The notes under the pieces: generated by a model
The model's database searches: none
What the model saw: only the letters and a program-made list of their open reading frames with translations
Told to the model about the DNA's origin: nothing
Part shown: piece after piece, positions 40,698 to 50,692 of the stretch
Layout: each line of letters begins with the position of its first letter
How positions within the stretch are numbered: position 1 is the stretch's first letter
Source of the DNA: Candidatus Bathyarchaeota archaeon
GTDB taxonomy: Archaea > Thermoproteota > Bathyarchaeia > Bathyarchaeales > Bathycorpusculaceae
Direction of reading: 5' to 3'
Assembly (NCBI GenBank): GCA_963780185.1
Contig: CAWABA010000010.1
Span: forward strand, 1-64,000
Length of the DNA: 64,000 nt
Program-made: the position numbers and the translations under genes

Positions 40698-43600
40698 TTA
40701 TTTTTTTTTTTGTCTTTTGAAGAATATGATTGTTATGGCTGCGGCTGTTGCGAGGAAAATTGGGGCGGTGGCGATTGGTGGAAACTCTGGCGCGGCAGGT
40801 GTTGGTGATTCGGTAAGTGTTCCTTTTGGCGTTTGGTCGTCGACGATTTGGTTTGGTGTAGATGTTGGCGTTGCGGGGGCTTGAAGCTGGGACATAATTT
40901 GTATCGTGTGGTTGGTCAAAATGTTGTTGAAGCTGTAATCGTTGGTGTAGGTGTTGAGGGACTTTTGGTTTCCATCTACAACAAGTGTTGTCAGCATGTA
41001 GTTGTTTTTTGCCAAGTAGCTAACTGCCTGTGAGCTGTTGTAAACAACAAAGTTTACTCCGGCAGGATAAATTAGGCTGTGAGCATCTGAAATTGCGTTG
41101 ATTGTGTAGGATGTGACGTCTAAAGTTGAGGTCGCTGTTTTGCCAGAGAACTCGGCGGTGACTGTCCACTGTCCGCCGTATTCGGCTGTATAAGTTGAGT
41201 TGTTCCAAGAACCGCTGGCGGATGCTGGTGTACTCCACGATGCGTCGACTAAGCCTAGGGTGTTGTTTTGAGAATCGTAAGCTGTTGCGTTGTAGGTGAT
41301 TGAGTAGAATCCCTTGATTGATGCTGTTGACGGAGCGATTATGAGATAGTCGATTGCTCCTGGGTTGACCCTTAACAACGTACTGTCTGTTCTGCCTGAA
41401 TAAGTTGCTGTGATGTTCCATGTGCCGACGTGCTGGCTGTTGTAGAGGTTGCCTAACCATGAACCTCCCGCCTCAGGCTCGGCAGCCCATGAAGCGGTAA
41501 CTGTCCCTAAGCTGTTGTTCAGGCTGTCAAAGGCTGTTGCCGTTCCAGTGATTGTTGATCCAGCCGTCGCTGTTGTTGGGCTAATTGTGCAATTGAAGTG
41601 GTCGAAAATGCCCGGGTTAACGGTTAAGGATGATGTGGCATTCTTACCAGAACACGTGCATGTGGCAACCCATTGGCCAGCGTATTGAGAAAGGTAAGTT
41701 CCCGTCGATTGGACCCAGCTGCCGCCAGCCGCGGAACTTATGCTCCAAGAAGCAGACTCGTTGAATGATCCTAAGGTGTTGCCGTAGGCGTCATAGGTTG
41801 CGAAAGCATATTTCTGTTGTGCACCGGCGGTTATTGTTGCTGAACTGGGCGAGATTGTTAAGTGGTCGAAGCCTGCGGTATTTGTGCTCATTATTACTGA
41901 TGCTGAAACTCCCGTGGCAGAGTCTACCGTTGAGATTGTGTTCGGGCCTGCGGTTTTTAGAATGAATCCTGAAAAGTTATGTTGCCCGTTGTCATCGGCT
42001 GCGAACCTGTATTGGTCGGTTGAAGAGTAAGGTAAGAGTGCTTGGCTGTCGCTTGAAGTGAAGTAGACTGAGCCATTGTATGCTGTGTCAATATTGTCGT
42101 TTGAGTCGCAGGCGGTTACAATCACGGAATCAAAACTTGTTCCAGCAGTGGTTGATTTTGGCGAACTAATTATGAAATGATCAAGAGTGTTTGGGTAAAC
42201 CGTGATTTCTGCGCTTTCAACAGTGTATGTTCCGTCTGAAACCGTTATCGTTTGGGTTCCGCTTGTAAAAAATTCAAATGCGTTTGTGAAGACGCGCGTT
42301 CCATTATAGTAGGTTGTGAATGCAAAGGGGTTGCTGTATGTAAAGGGCAATGTGGCGTATTGATCGGATGAGCCAAAAGAAATTGAAGCGTTATATCCTG
42401 TCATTACGTTGCCATAGGAATCATAGGCAGTCACGGTTATAGGTCCCAGTATGGTGCCAGCAACTGCGGAGCTGGGTGCAGATATTGAAAGATGCCCAGT
42501 TACTCCTGGGTCAGAGTATGTTTCGAGGAGTCCGACGCCATATCCATACCAGATGCTGTATTGAATATCGCTTGTGAAAGTAAATAAATAGTATTTTCCG
42601 TTTATGTCAACGGGGATCGTCCAAGGGTTATAACTCGTGGAGTTATCCCAGAAAGAAAAAGACCCAAGCGGAATTCCGGTTGTCGCGTTATAGTACATGC
42701 CGTTAGACGTGCTTAGGTATGGCGTGTTTCCCATGAAAAAGAATCCGCATCCTTCTCGTCCAGAGCATGAAATGTTTAGGTAAACATTTGTCCATGAATT
42801 CAAATCAGAAGATTCTGTTAAATGGGGGTAAACTGAACTCCAGCCTGCATTGCCGTTTGTGTCAATGAAATATAGGTACCATTCTGAACCGATTTTATAC
42901 ACGACTGGATCGTATGTGGAGTTGTTTGTAACTGTTGAAAGTGTTACTTGCGAGCTGTCTTGTATTATTTGTACGTTTTGCGGAGTTAATGGGTTAAACG
43001 GTAATATTGCTTGGTAAAGCATGAGTTTGCTGTCTAGGTCGTTGCTTCCCCAGGTGACGAAGAAGTCGTGCCATGTTTTTGTGTCTTGGTCGAAAAATAT
43101 GTTTCCTGCGCCATCGCAGAATATCCCTTCTTTTCCAGTTCCTTTATCGGTTCTGTTGTAGTAAAGCATCGAGATAATGTATAGTTGATTGCTTGTAAGG
43201 TTCCATGAGACTACGCCTTGAACGGTTTCTCTTATTCCGTTCCCGCCGAGGTCTACAGTGTAGTAAAGGCAATTTTGGAAGAGAACGGGTTGCCCAGTGG
43301 CGTAAGTTATTGGGCGTTCATCTCTGTATGTTAAGCCGTTGGAGTAGAAAGCTGTGAAGCTTGTGATTGTTAGGGACGTCATCGAAGAGACAAAGCCGCT
43401 TCTCCACGCATACTGCGTCACTGCAAATCTCATGTCCCAAAATATGTTGTGTTCAAGGTTATCGTCGCACACTTGGTTCCAATTTTTCCCGTCAGTTGTA
43501 TAGTAACCCACGGCGTTTTTTCCTTGAAGAACAAGCGCCATTGTAAATGGACAGCTAACGGCGGAAATGGTGGACATAACCGTCCAAGCCGAACCGGAAA

Positions 43601-44063
43601 CGTTTTGAATTAAAGACCACGTGTACGTACCAGGGTTGTATTCCAAGGCAACGTAGTTTGATGGGTCTTTGTAAATGTGGATGCCGAATTGCCCAGTTCC
43701 TAAATACGATGTTACCGTTGTTTTTGCACAGAGGTTGCAGACTTCAAAGGGCGCTGACTTTGAGGCCATTATGAATGCTGAGCCATTCACTGTTGCCGAC
43801 CCAGTTGAGATTGAGAGTGTGCCGTTGCCCAATATTGAATAGTTTGATTCTGAGTTAGTTTGAAATTTATCTGTGTAAACTGGGAACCCGTTTCCAAGGT
43901 TAGGTAGGAAACTTGCAATCTTCGAAAAATTCATATCTGAGGGATTATTAGCCGGGGACGCCGCAGTAACATTCTCGATTTTAAGTAATCCGTAAAAAAC
44001 ACTGGGAAACAATACGGACAAAGCAATAATCGTCAATATTCTTTTCTTTTTTGACCCATTCAA
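40698..44063 (-). CDS. Large surface protein: lectin/glycosidase-like N-terminal region, Ig-like repeats, PEF-CTERM
   Basis: Signal peptide; YDPVVY..W.LYF propeller-like motifs; repeated (A/T)YD.YGN Ig modules; APEFPP + TM + KRQKKK. Confidence 0.8.
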   Translation of the reverse strand: MNGSKKKRILTIIALSVLFPSVFYGLLKIENVTAASPANNPSDMNFSKIASFLPNLGNGFPVYTDKFQTNSESNYSILGNGTLSISTGSATVNGSAFIMASKSAPFEVCNLCAKTTVTSYLGTGQFGIHIYKDPSNYVALEYNPGTYTWSLIQNVSGSAWTVMSTISAVSCPFTMALVLQGKNAVGYYTTDGKNWNQVCDDNLEHNIFWDMRFAVTQYAWRSGFVSSMTSLTITSFTAFYSNGLTYRDERPITYATGQPVLFQNCLYYTVDLGGNGIRETVQGVVSWNLTSNQLYIISMLYYNRTDKGTGKEGIFCDGAGNIFFDQDTKTWHDFFVTWGSNDLDSKLMLYQAILPFNPLTPQNVQIIQDSSQVTLSTVTNNSTYDPVVYKIGSEWYLYFIDTNGNAGWSSVYPHLTESSDLNSWTNVYLNISCSGREGCGFFFMGNTPYLSTSNGMYYNATTGIPLGSFSFWDNSTSYNPWTIPVDINGKYYLFTFTSDIQYSIWYGYGVGLLETYSDPGVTGHLSISAPSSAVAGTILGPITVTAYDSYGNVMTGYNASISFGSSDQYATLPFTYSNPFAFTTYYNGTRVFTNAFEFFTSGTQTITVSDGTYTVESAEITVYPNTLDHFIISSPKSTTAGTSFDSVIVTACDSNDNIDTAYNGSVYFTSSDSQALLPYSSTDQYRFAADDNGQHNFSGFILKTAGPNTISTVDSATGVSASVIMSTNTAGFDHLTISPSSATITAGAQQKYAFATYDAYGNTLGSFNESASWSISSAAGGSWVQSTGTYLSQYAGQWVATCTCSGKNATSSLTVNPGIFDHFNCTISPTTATAGSTITGTATAFDSLNNSLGTVTASWAAEPEAGGSWLGNLYNSQHVGTWNITATYSGRTDSTLLRVNPGAIDYLIIAPSTASIKGFYSITYNATAYDSQNNTLGLVDASWSTPASASGSWNNSTYTAEYGGQWTVTAEFSGKTATSTLDVTSYTINAISDAHSLIYPAGVNFVVYNSSQAVSYLAKNNYMLTTLVVDGNQKSLNTYTNDYSFNNILTNHTIQIMSQLQAPATPTSTPNQIVDDQTPKGTLTESPTPAAPEFPPIATAPIFLATAAAITIIFFKRQKKK

Positions 44064-44274
44064 ACCAGCAGTCCCTTGAATACATAAATGCCGAATAGTT
44101 GTTTAAAAGCCTAGACCTTATTTGCACCTATCCGTTTGTGCGCCTACAAAATCACGGTAGCTATTGTTGCAAACCTTAAAACGGCGTTGCGCAGGGTGAA
44201 CAAAACCCAAGTTGAATAGCATATAAATATTAGGCTGAAGCGACACCATCTAATCCTTATCCGATGTTGGTTCT

Positions 44275-44688
44275 ATGGATTGCAGACTGCAAGTTTTCAA
44301 GCTTGACTCGCCCGATGGCAACTTAGCAAAGACCTATCGCTTTGCCGTAGTGGATTTCAGCAGGTCTAAGAGTTACCCCGCGAATTTCGTCTGCATGTTA
44401 CCAGCCAAAGTTGACCAGGGAAAGGGAAAAATCGCAAACGTGTTCGGGACCCTTTTTGGAGACAGAAGCTTAGAATTGGCTGTAGGCTTGTTGAATGACG
44501 CTCTCAAAAGCGAGAGCGACGCTGAAGTTAAAACGGAGATTGAAAGAAGACTCAAGCTCCTTGACCCTAAGCAAGCTGGCTTAGTTGAATGTAGTTTGTG
44601 CAAAAAAACTTTCAGACCCCCCAAAATGAGAAAGTACAAACAACATTACTGCCGCGAATGCTTCCGAAAACGATTTGCCGTGCGATAA
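44275..44688 (+). CDS. Hypothetical protein with C-terminal CxxC...CxxC zinc ribbon
   Basis: CSLCKKTF...YCRECF. Confidence 0.75.
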   Translation: MDCRLQVFKLDSPDGNLAKTYRFAVVDFSRSKSYPANFVCMLPAKVDQGKGKIANVFGTLFGDRSLELAVGLLNDALKSESDAEVKTEIERRLKLLDPKQAGLVECSLCKKTFRPPKMRKYKQHYCRECFRKRFAVR

Positions 44689-44753
44689 TCATTTCAAACA
44701 GCGTGAAATTGCCTCGGCATTTATTTAAGTGACAGGTTGTTGCTGATTTATTC

Positions 44754-44999
44754 ATGAAAATCGTGAAAGGCTGGAAACGTATAAGCAATAAAGGCGGATT
44801 TGTTAACGAGGTAACTGGGCAAACCCTGATTATTGCAAAGCAAGAGTTCGGGGCGCATTATCACGTGCTTCTTTTTAGCCAAGAGCGAACCGATGATAAA
44901 CAAGGCAACAAGATTTCTCCCGAGTATTCAAGCGAAGATAAGGCTGAAGTTTTTGCAATGAACTGGATGAAGAAAAATCCGAATGGAATAAATTCGTAA
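44754..44999 (+). CDS. Hypothetical protein
   Basis: 81-aa ORF preceded by a TTTATTTAA TATA-like box. Confidence 0.7.
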   Translation: MKIVKGWKRISNKGGFVNEVTGQTLIIAKQEFGAHYHVLLFSQERTDDKQGNKISPEYSSEDKAEVFAMNWMKKNPNGINS

Positions 45000-45076
45000 A
45001 AGAATAGGTTTTTTCAGTTGCGCCAAAGCTTTTTGCTTTGGTTCGTTCAAAAGTCCACTGAAAAAATCCGGAGGGT

Positions 45077-45208
45077 TTAAGCTTCTTTCTTCTTGATGGT
45101 GTCAACGTAGTTTTTCTTGCCGGTCTTCTTTCTATAGGTGCAATTGAGTCGAACTGATGATTTACATCTACGACAGTTTTTAACTAGGCCTGCTCTTAAG
45201 ATACACAT
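45077..45208 (-). CDS. Putative 43-aa basic Cys-containing microprotein
   Basis: GAGGT SD; MCILRAGLVKNCRRCKSSVRLNCTYRKKTGKKNYVDTIKKKEA*. Confidence 0.45.
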   Translation of the reverse strand: MCILRAGLVKNCRRCKSSVRLNCTYRKKTGKKNYVDTIKKKEA

Positions 45209-45582
45209 ACTATTTTACCTCTCTAATTTTTGGGTTTTTCAAGAAAAGAATCAATTATTCAATTAGTGCCAATCCAACAGGATAAGAGAAACTCTTCAGC
45301 ATATTGGAAAGGTTTCTCTTCCTAATAAAGATTGGAAAAAAAACCTTGATTTTGCCAAAGAAAAACGCAGATTTCTCTTTTTTTCCAAAAGAATCAAAAA
45401 ATAATTTCTTTCAAAGTTTTAAGCCAGAAAACGCAGTTTTCAGGTGAATAACCTAATATAGGCGCGGGTGCCTTTTAATAAGATATTAGAATTCTTTAGA
45501 GGAAGAGTCAAACCTAACCGACTGCTTTTTCTCCAGATTATTCTGATTATAATGGCTAGAAGCCATATTTGGGTATGTAAAA

Positions 45583-45888
45583 ATGGGTAAAAGAAAAATT
45601 ACAAATGAAGGCAACCTTGACAGTATGGTTCTACCTTCCCCGAACGACGTTTTGGGTTTGGCCGTAAAAATGCTCGGTGCTGACAGAATCATGGTGAAAT
45701 GTCAGGACGGAAACGAACGGTTATGCAGGATCAGGGGTAAGCTGAAAAGACGTGTATGGATAAGGGAAGGCGACATTGTTTTGGTTTCTCCCTGGGACTT
45801 TCAGCGTGAAACTCGCGGGGACATTTTCTGGCGATACAGGAAAAACCAGTCCGATTGGCTTAGAAACCACAACTATCTGACGCTGTAG
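45583..45888 (+). CDS. eif1a: Translation initiation factor aIF-1A
   Basis: LGADRIMVKCQDGNERLCRIRGKLKRRVWIREGDIVLVSPWDFQ..RGDIFWRY. Confidence 0.96.
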   Translation: MGKRKITNEGNLDSMVLPSPNDVLGLAVKMLGADRIMVKCQDGNERLCRIRGKLKRRVWIREGDIVLVSPWDFQRETRGDIFWRYRKNQSDWLRNHNYLTL

Positions 45889-45906
45889 AGGGGCTGCAAG
45901 ATTATT

Positions 45907-46071
45907 TTGAAATGTACCGAATGTGGAAACACATTCCAAAGAGAACGGCTGATTGATTGCGAAGTGGTTAGCTGCCCCGTTTGCGAGGCTAATTACAAAG
46001 CGGTAGTTAAAGATGGAAAAGTGCACTTGGTAGACTTGGTCTTTGAAGAACAAGACCTTGGCGAATTATAA
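45907..46071 (+). CDS. LysW-like zinc-ribbon microprotein (54 aa)
   Basis: TTG start; CTECG...EVVSCPVCEA...FEEQDLGEL*. Confidence 0.65.
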   Translation: MKCTECGNTFQRERLIDCEVVSCPVCEANYKAVVKDGKVHLVDLVFEEQDLGEL

Positions 46072-46092
46072 AGTAAAGTGAGGTGAATGTGA

Positions 46093-46629
46093 ATGGGTAT
46101 GGAAAACAAAACTAACTTCATAATTGCCGTAAACGGCTATAAACTCGTAAAGAAAGAGAAAAACGCGGATTTTACTGATGTTACAGTTACAGATAATTTG
46201 AATAAAAAGGTGCTTTTACGGGAAATCGAGCCGTTGAGCAACGAATGTGTCGTCATCAACGATGTTAAGAACATGGCCGAGTTAATCAAACGTGACAGCT
46301 ACGACTCAGCTTTCTTGATAAGCAAAAAGTTTACTGAAAACGCCGTCAACGAAATGGTAAAACAGAATATTCAGCATGTTTCAGATGATTATATGCCTCC
46401 TTTTGAAATTGAAAAGCTGTACCAAGCAATAGTTGATTACGCAAACAATCAATGTCTAAAGAAATGCGGAAAGCTTTCGTTAATTGTGTCTGATTGTACA
46501 GAAAAGAAGACCGCTGACATCTGCAGAATAAGATCGCTTGCCAACAACGCGAAATGCCACTTTGAACAGCAACTGGTCGGTTTACTAAAAAACGACCTCA
46601 AGATGGCTTTAGCTATCACAAAATCATAA
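46093..46629 (+). CDS. Hypothetical protein, possibly a degenerate restriction-endonuclease-like fold with Cys cluster
   Basis: GAGGTGA SD; Mrr-like AFLISKKFTENA segment; Cys-rich C-terminus. Confidence 0.65.
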   Translation: MGMENKTNFIIAVNGYKLVKKEKNADFTDVTVTDNLNKKVLLREIEPLSNECVVINDVKNMAELIKRDSYDSAFLISKKFTENAVNEMVKQNIQHVSDDYMPPFEIEKLYQAIVDYANNQCLKKCGKLSLIVSDCTEKKTADICRIRSLANNAKCHFEQQLVGLLKNDLKMALAITKS

Positions 46630-46763
46630 TTTTTTCGATTTGTTCCCTATCTATCTATTTTTTGGCGTAACCTTATGAAAAGGTTTAAGTCGGTAAGGAA
46701 ACACTATGGTCACGTTAATTAAAACGCTATTTTTCATAGCAAAAATTAACAGGACAAACAAGT

Positions 46764-46988
46764 ATGTCTGAACGCGAACGCTCCTCAACTGAAATAAAAT
46801 GCAGCGACTGTGGTAAAACCGCCGTTGTTCCCTTTAAACCGACAGCAGGCAAACCAGTTTATTGCCGAGAATGCTTAGGCAAGCATAGAACTCCCCGAAC
46901 GGAAATGGGCGGCAAAAACGAAACTAGGCCTCCAGCCCCTGAAAATGAAAAACAGGCTTGGTCTAGACGACGAGAAAGTTGGAAATAG
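46764..46988 (+). CDS. CxxC-x17-CxxC domain protein
   Basis: CSDCGKTAVVPFKPTAGKPVYCREC. Confidence 0.92.
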   Translation: MSERERSSTEIKCSDCGKTAVVPFKPTAGKPVYCRECLGKHRTPRTEMGGKNETRPPAPENEKQAWSRRRESWK

Positions 46989-46993
46989 AGTTT

Positions 46994-47275
46994 TTATCCT
47001 ATTAATTGAACCAGTGTTCCTATGGCTTGGCCTGGGACTGGTGGTACAAACTTTACTCTAACGATTCCGTTTCTTCCATGGGTTCCAACGATTTTTCCAT
47101 TATGAGTTTTCTTACCATTTATCCAAATTACTTTTTGCCCGATGAGTCTTCCAGCAGTAGAAATAGAACTTATGCTGTTAAATTCAATTAAGCATTCTTT
47201 TGGTTGTTGAGCCCTTATTCCAATCCGATAATTAGTTATTCTACCAATAATCTTCTGAGACAAAATATTCACCAA
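46994..47275 (-). CDS. rpl35ae: 50S ribosomal protein L35Ae
   Basis: GRITNYRIG..Q...CLI...GKIVGTHGRNGIVRVKF...PGQAIG. Confidence 0.9.
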   Translation of the reverse strand: MVNILSQKIIGRITNYRIGIRAQQPKECLIEFNSISSISTAGRLIGQKVIWINGKKTHNGKIVGTHGRNGIVRVKFVPPVPGQAIGTLVQLIG

Positions 47276-47450
47276 TTACCTCTTTGTAGGGAACACATGC
47301 ATTTAAAGATGCTCAATTTGAAGAGGAAAAGGAATGGCGGCGCAGTAAACAAGAAAATGGCAAGGTGACGAAAAGGATGTTGTCTTCAGTAGCCTTGCGG
47401 AGTCTGAACAAGGGCATCAAATGACTGATTTATTCGATTGATGCGTTTGC

Positions 47451-47741
47451 TTAAAAATAACTTTTCGGGTCAATGGCTGAGAGGGGGTGGTTAGAAATGA
47501 TAAAGTTTCCAACTTCCAATTGCAAGTTTAGTTCTTTTTCTGCAACAAAATCCGCTAACAGCTTGTATAAGTCAACGCCAAGCGTTTTCCTTTCAACGAA
47601 CAAGACAAAGCCGTCTTCCGCCGTGTCCAGCATCTTAACATCTATGCCACAGCTGGCTTGGATTTCACCCTTAAACTTCATCGCGTTAGATAAATTCAAC
47701 GTTGATTCTTCTAGCCAGACATACACAGTATGTGGCTGCAT
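47451..47741 (-). CDS. Hypothetical protein
   Basis: 96-aa ATG ORF filling the intergenic gap. Confidence 0.55.
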   Translation of the reverse strand: MQPHTVYVWLEESTLNLSNAMKFKGEIQASCGIDVKMLDTAEDGFVLFVERKTLGVDLYKLLADFVAEKELNLQLEVGNFIISNHPLSAIDPKSYF

Positions 47742-47835
47742 TTATGTAGCATAGTAACTAATTGAATCTTTCGTTAGAATTTTTTGCAAACTAGCCAATA
47801 TACTGTTATATAGCATAATTAACAGTAGTACTGAT

Positions 47836-48624
47836 ATGTCAGAACATAAACTTGAATGGCCCGAATCCGGCGACCTCGTTATCGCAACTATTGAAAGCGT
47901 CATGGATTACGGAGCCTACGCTAATCTGGATGAATACTCAAAAAGGGGTTTTCTTCATATTTCTGAAATCTCCAGCGCCAGGGTAAGAAACGTTCGTGAC
48001 TATGTTCGTGAAAAACAGAAAATGGTGCTTAAAGTTGTCCATGTGAACCTTGAGAAAGGCCACATCGACTTATCCCTGAGACGTGTTACAAAACGCGAAA
48101 GAATCGAGAAAGTAAAAGCTTGGAAAAAGGAACGCAAAGGCGAAGTGCTTTTGAAAGCAGTCGCTGAAAAAGTAGGCATGCCGGTTGAGGAAGTCTACGA
48201 AAAAGCAGGCACAATTCTGGAAGAAAGATTCGGCTTGTATGAAGGCTTTGAAGAAGTGCTTAAAGAAGGCGTAGAAGCCTTAACTAAACTTGGGATACCT
48301 GAAGACATCGCTAAAGCTTTTGCTCAGGTTGCTGAAGAACGTATTCATATAAAGTTGGTGAAGGTTAGAGGCGTTTTGGAAGTCCGCTGCATGAAACGAA
48401 ACGGCGTCGGATGCATCCGAGACGCATTCACAAGTGCAAAGAAAGCAATTAAAGCTAAAGACGCTAAAATCGAGTTTTCCGTTATTGCTGCTCCCAAATA
48501 CAGCGTGGAGGTTTCAGCGGATAATTGGAAACGTGCTGAAGATTTGCTTGATGAAGTGAGCCAAGGCGTGGTAACAAACATCACTGAAGCAGGCGGGCAC
48601 GGCTCCTTTAAACGAGAAAAATAA
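47836..48624 (+). CDS. eif2a: Translation initiation factor aIF-2 alpha subunit
   Basis: PESGDLV, YGAYANLDEY, FLHISEISS S1 domain, KGHIDLSLRRV, AAPKY. Confidence 0.96.
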   Translation: MSEHKLEWPESGDLVIATIESVMDYGAYANLDEYSKRGFLHISEISSARVRNVRDYVREKQKMVLKVVHVNLEKGHIDLSLRRVTKRERIEKVKAWKKERKGEVLLKAVAEKVGMPVEEVYEKAGTILEERFGLYEGFEEVLKEGVEALTKLGIPEDIAKAFAQVAEERIHIKLVKVRGVLEVRCMKRNGVGCIRDAFTSAKKAIKAKDAKIEFSVIAAPKYSVEVSADNWKRAEDLLDEVSQGVVTNITEAGGHGSFKREK

Positions 48625-48628
48625 TGGT

Positions 48629-48973
48629 GTGAACATGAGAGAGACCAGCGATAAGATAGTATGGGGAAAAGTTGACAAAATCGGCAAGGGCACCCGAGCA
48701 AACTATGATCCTGACAAGAAAACAATTACTTTCTGCTTCAACAGGAATCTGGAAACATCAAGCGAGCAACTGAGAAAACTTCGGGAAACCCTGATGAAAG
48801 AACTCAAAGAGTTGGGTTACGCCAGCCGCATGAAATACAACGGCGAAGTTGTTGTTGAAAACGTTGAGCAAGAAAATGTGGCTCTTGTAACAGAAAACCA
48901 CAAACTCGTAATCCGCATCAACAACAAGCAATCAGCCGAGAAACCAAGCGACGCTTCAGAAAAGCCAGCTTAG
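48629..48973 (+). CDS. Hypothetical protein
   Basis: Directly follows aIF-2alpha; followed by a T-rich tract. Confidence 0.7.
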   Translation: MNMRETSDKIVWGKVDKIGKGTRANYDPDKKTITFCFNRNLETSSEQLRKLRETLMKELKELGYASRMKYNGEVVVENVEQENVALVTENHKLVIRINNKQSAEKPSDASEKPA

Positions 48974-49334
48974 TTTTTCAATTAAATTGTTTTCTTTCGT
49001 CTTCAGTTTTTCATTTTAAGTTTTAGCTCTTGGGGCTTAATGCGCTTTTATTGAAAAATCTTTTAAGCGTGACCACAATATAGCATGCTGATACTATGCC
49101 ATCTCTAAAAAAGAAGAATGCTAACAAAAAAGCAAAGCATGAAGCTAAAACGGGCAAGTAAGGTTTTCAACCCAATTTGCTCTTTTCCTTGAGTGCAAAA
49201 AAAGGAACCCTCAATACAGCGGTGCTCCTCTCACTGTTCTTACTAACTGGAGCTGCCGTTTCTTTTTCTTTAAAGATTAGAAAAAACTCTGGGGAAAATG
49301 CGCCATTTCCCGCGAAGAACGTCAGTTGTGTTAT

Positions 49335-49781
49335 TTATTTGGACAAGCCAAGCTGCTTCATGAACCCGACAACATCGTAGAACAGTCGTTCTTCCACTAT
49401 TTCGCCGTTTTTCCAGGTGGCGACTGTGCAAAATTCAAGCTTCGCTGTCTTCCCGGTCGGCTGGATAACTTTTCCTTCTGCACTTTTCATCGGTCCTTTC
49501 ATTGTTACTGTCCAATCGGCTACGGTGCATGTGTGGTTTTCGTCTCCGAAAGCTATCTTGTATGGGTTGTTGACTAATCGGTTGTCGAAGGTTTTGAAGA
49601 ATTCGGTTGCTTCGACGTCGTGGTTGTGTCGTCCTCTTGTGGGTTCAGGTTGAGCGGGCCAGTACACGGCGACGTCTTCTCTGTGGCGCTTCTTAAATGT
49701 CTCCCAAAGTGGGCTGCCGGGTCCAGCGTTCCAGGCATCATCAAGTGTCTTCATCAATTCAAGATTTTCTTTAGTTCCCAA
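49335..49781 (-). CDS. SnoaL-like/NTF2-fold ester cyclase family protein
   Basis: LDDAWN, H..DV.VYWP, IQPTGK....EFCTVATWKNGEIVEERLFYD. Confidence 0.88.
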   Translation of the reverse strand: MGTKENLELMKTLDDAWNAGPGSPLWETFKKRHREDVAVYWPAQPEPTRGRHNHDVEATEFFKTFDNRLVNNPYKIAFGDENHTCTVADWTVTMKGPMKSAEGKVIQPTGKTAKLEFCTVATWKNGEIVEERLFYDVVGFMKQLGLSK

Positions 49782-49916
49782 AATGCTTAACCTCACCATA
49801 GTTACTCGTTTAATGCTAATAAATTTATTACCTGATTTTTGAACCACGTTAAAACGCCTAAGGAATGAAGGGAAAACTTTAACGCAATCCCGCATCTAAT
49901 GTTAAATTGAACGCTA

Positions 49917-50597
49917 TTGGACCAACGCAAAATTCTATTGTTTTCTATTTTGTTCCTGACTTGTTTCTTACTTGTTGCCTACTTCAGAGCCTCCTTTGAC
50001 ACGCTCAACATGACTATCAACTTGTGGTCAGCCTCAATCAACAAAGGCCCCTTCACCCTAACAGCCCAGATTATCTCAATCGTCTTCGACACAATCGCCC
50101 TAGCAGTCATCACGTTTGTTGTAGCAGTCGTTTTTTTCGTCTTGCACTACGGGAAAAACGGCGTGCTGTTGTTAGCTGCGATGGCTGGGGACGCTTTTCT
50201 TGTAGGTTTATCTAAAATGATAGTGATGTCTCCAAGACCCTTAAACGGGATTATTGCTGCGCCAGGCTACTCTTTTCCAAGCGGGCACGTAACCGGCAGC
50301 GTGGTTTTTTTCGGGGTCTTAACATATTTCGTATGGAAAAATCGTGGCTCAGCGAAAGTTAGGGCTTTGACAAGTGGGCTCTATGTTTCTGTAACTGCAC
50401 TTGTGGGTTTTGACAGAATATACCTAAACGTTCACTGGTTTAGCGACATCGTAGGCTCAGTTTTTCTGGGTGCATTCTGGCTGGCGCTGTGCATCCTAAT
50501 TTTCGAATACTTGGCGGGTAGCAGAAAATTCCTCAGTTTGGTTAAAGCCCAAATAAAAAATGAAATTCGACCTTATCGCAAAGCCGCCAGCGATTAA
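49917..50597 (+). CDS. PAP2 family phosphatase
   Basis: K......RP, SFPSGH, RIYLNVHWFSDI; multiple TMs. Confidence 0.93.
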   Translation: MDQRKILLFSILFLTCFLLVAYFRASFDTLNMTINLWSASINKGPFTLTAQIISIVFDTIALAVITFVVAVVFFVLHYGKNGVLLLAAMAGDAFLVGLSKMIVMSPRPLNGIIAAPGYSFPSGHVTGSVVFFGVLTYFVWKNRGSAKVRALTSGLYVSVTALVGFDRIYLNVHWFSDIVGSVFLGAFWLALCILIFEYLAGSRKFLSLVKAQIKNEIRPYRKAASD

Positions 50598-50692
50598 TGG
50601 GTACCCTTCTCCATTTTTGTCGACTATTTTCCATTAGGCTTTTTCAAATTGTTTTTATTTACGACTGTCCTAGTTACAAGTGGTGTTTTGAA

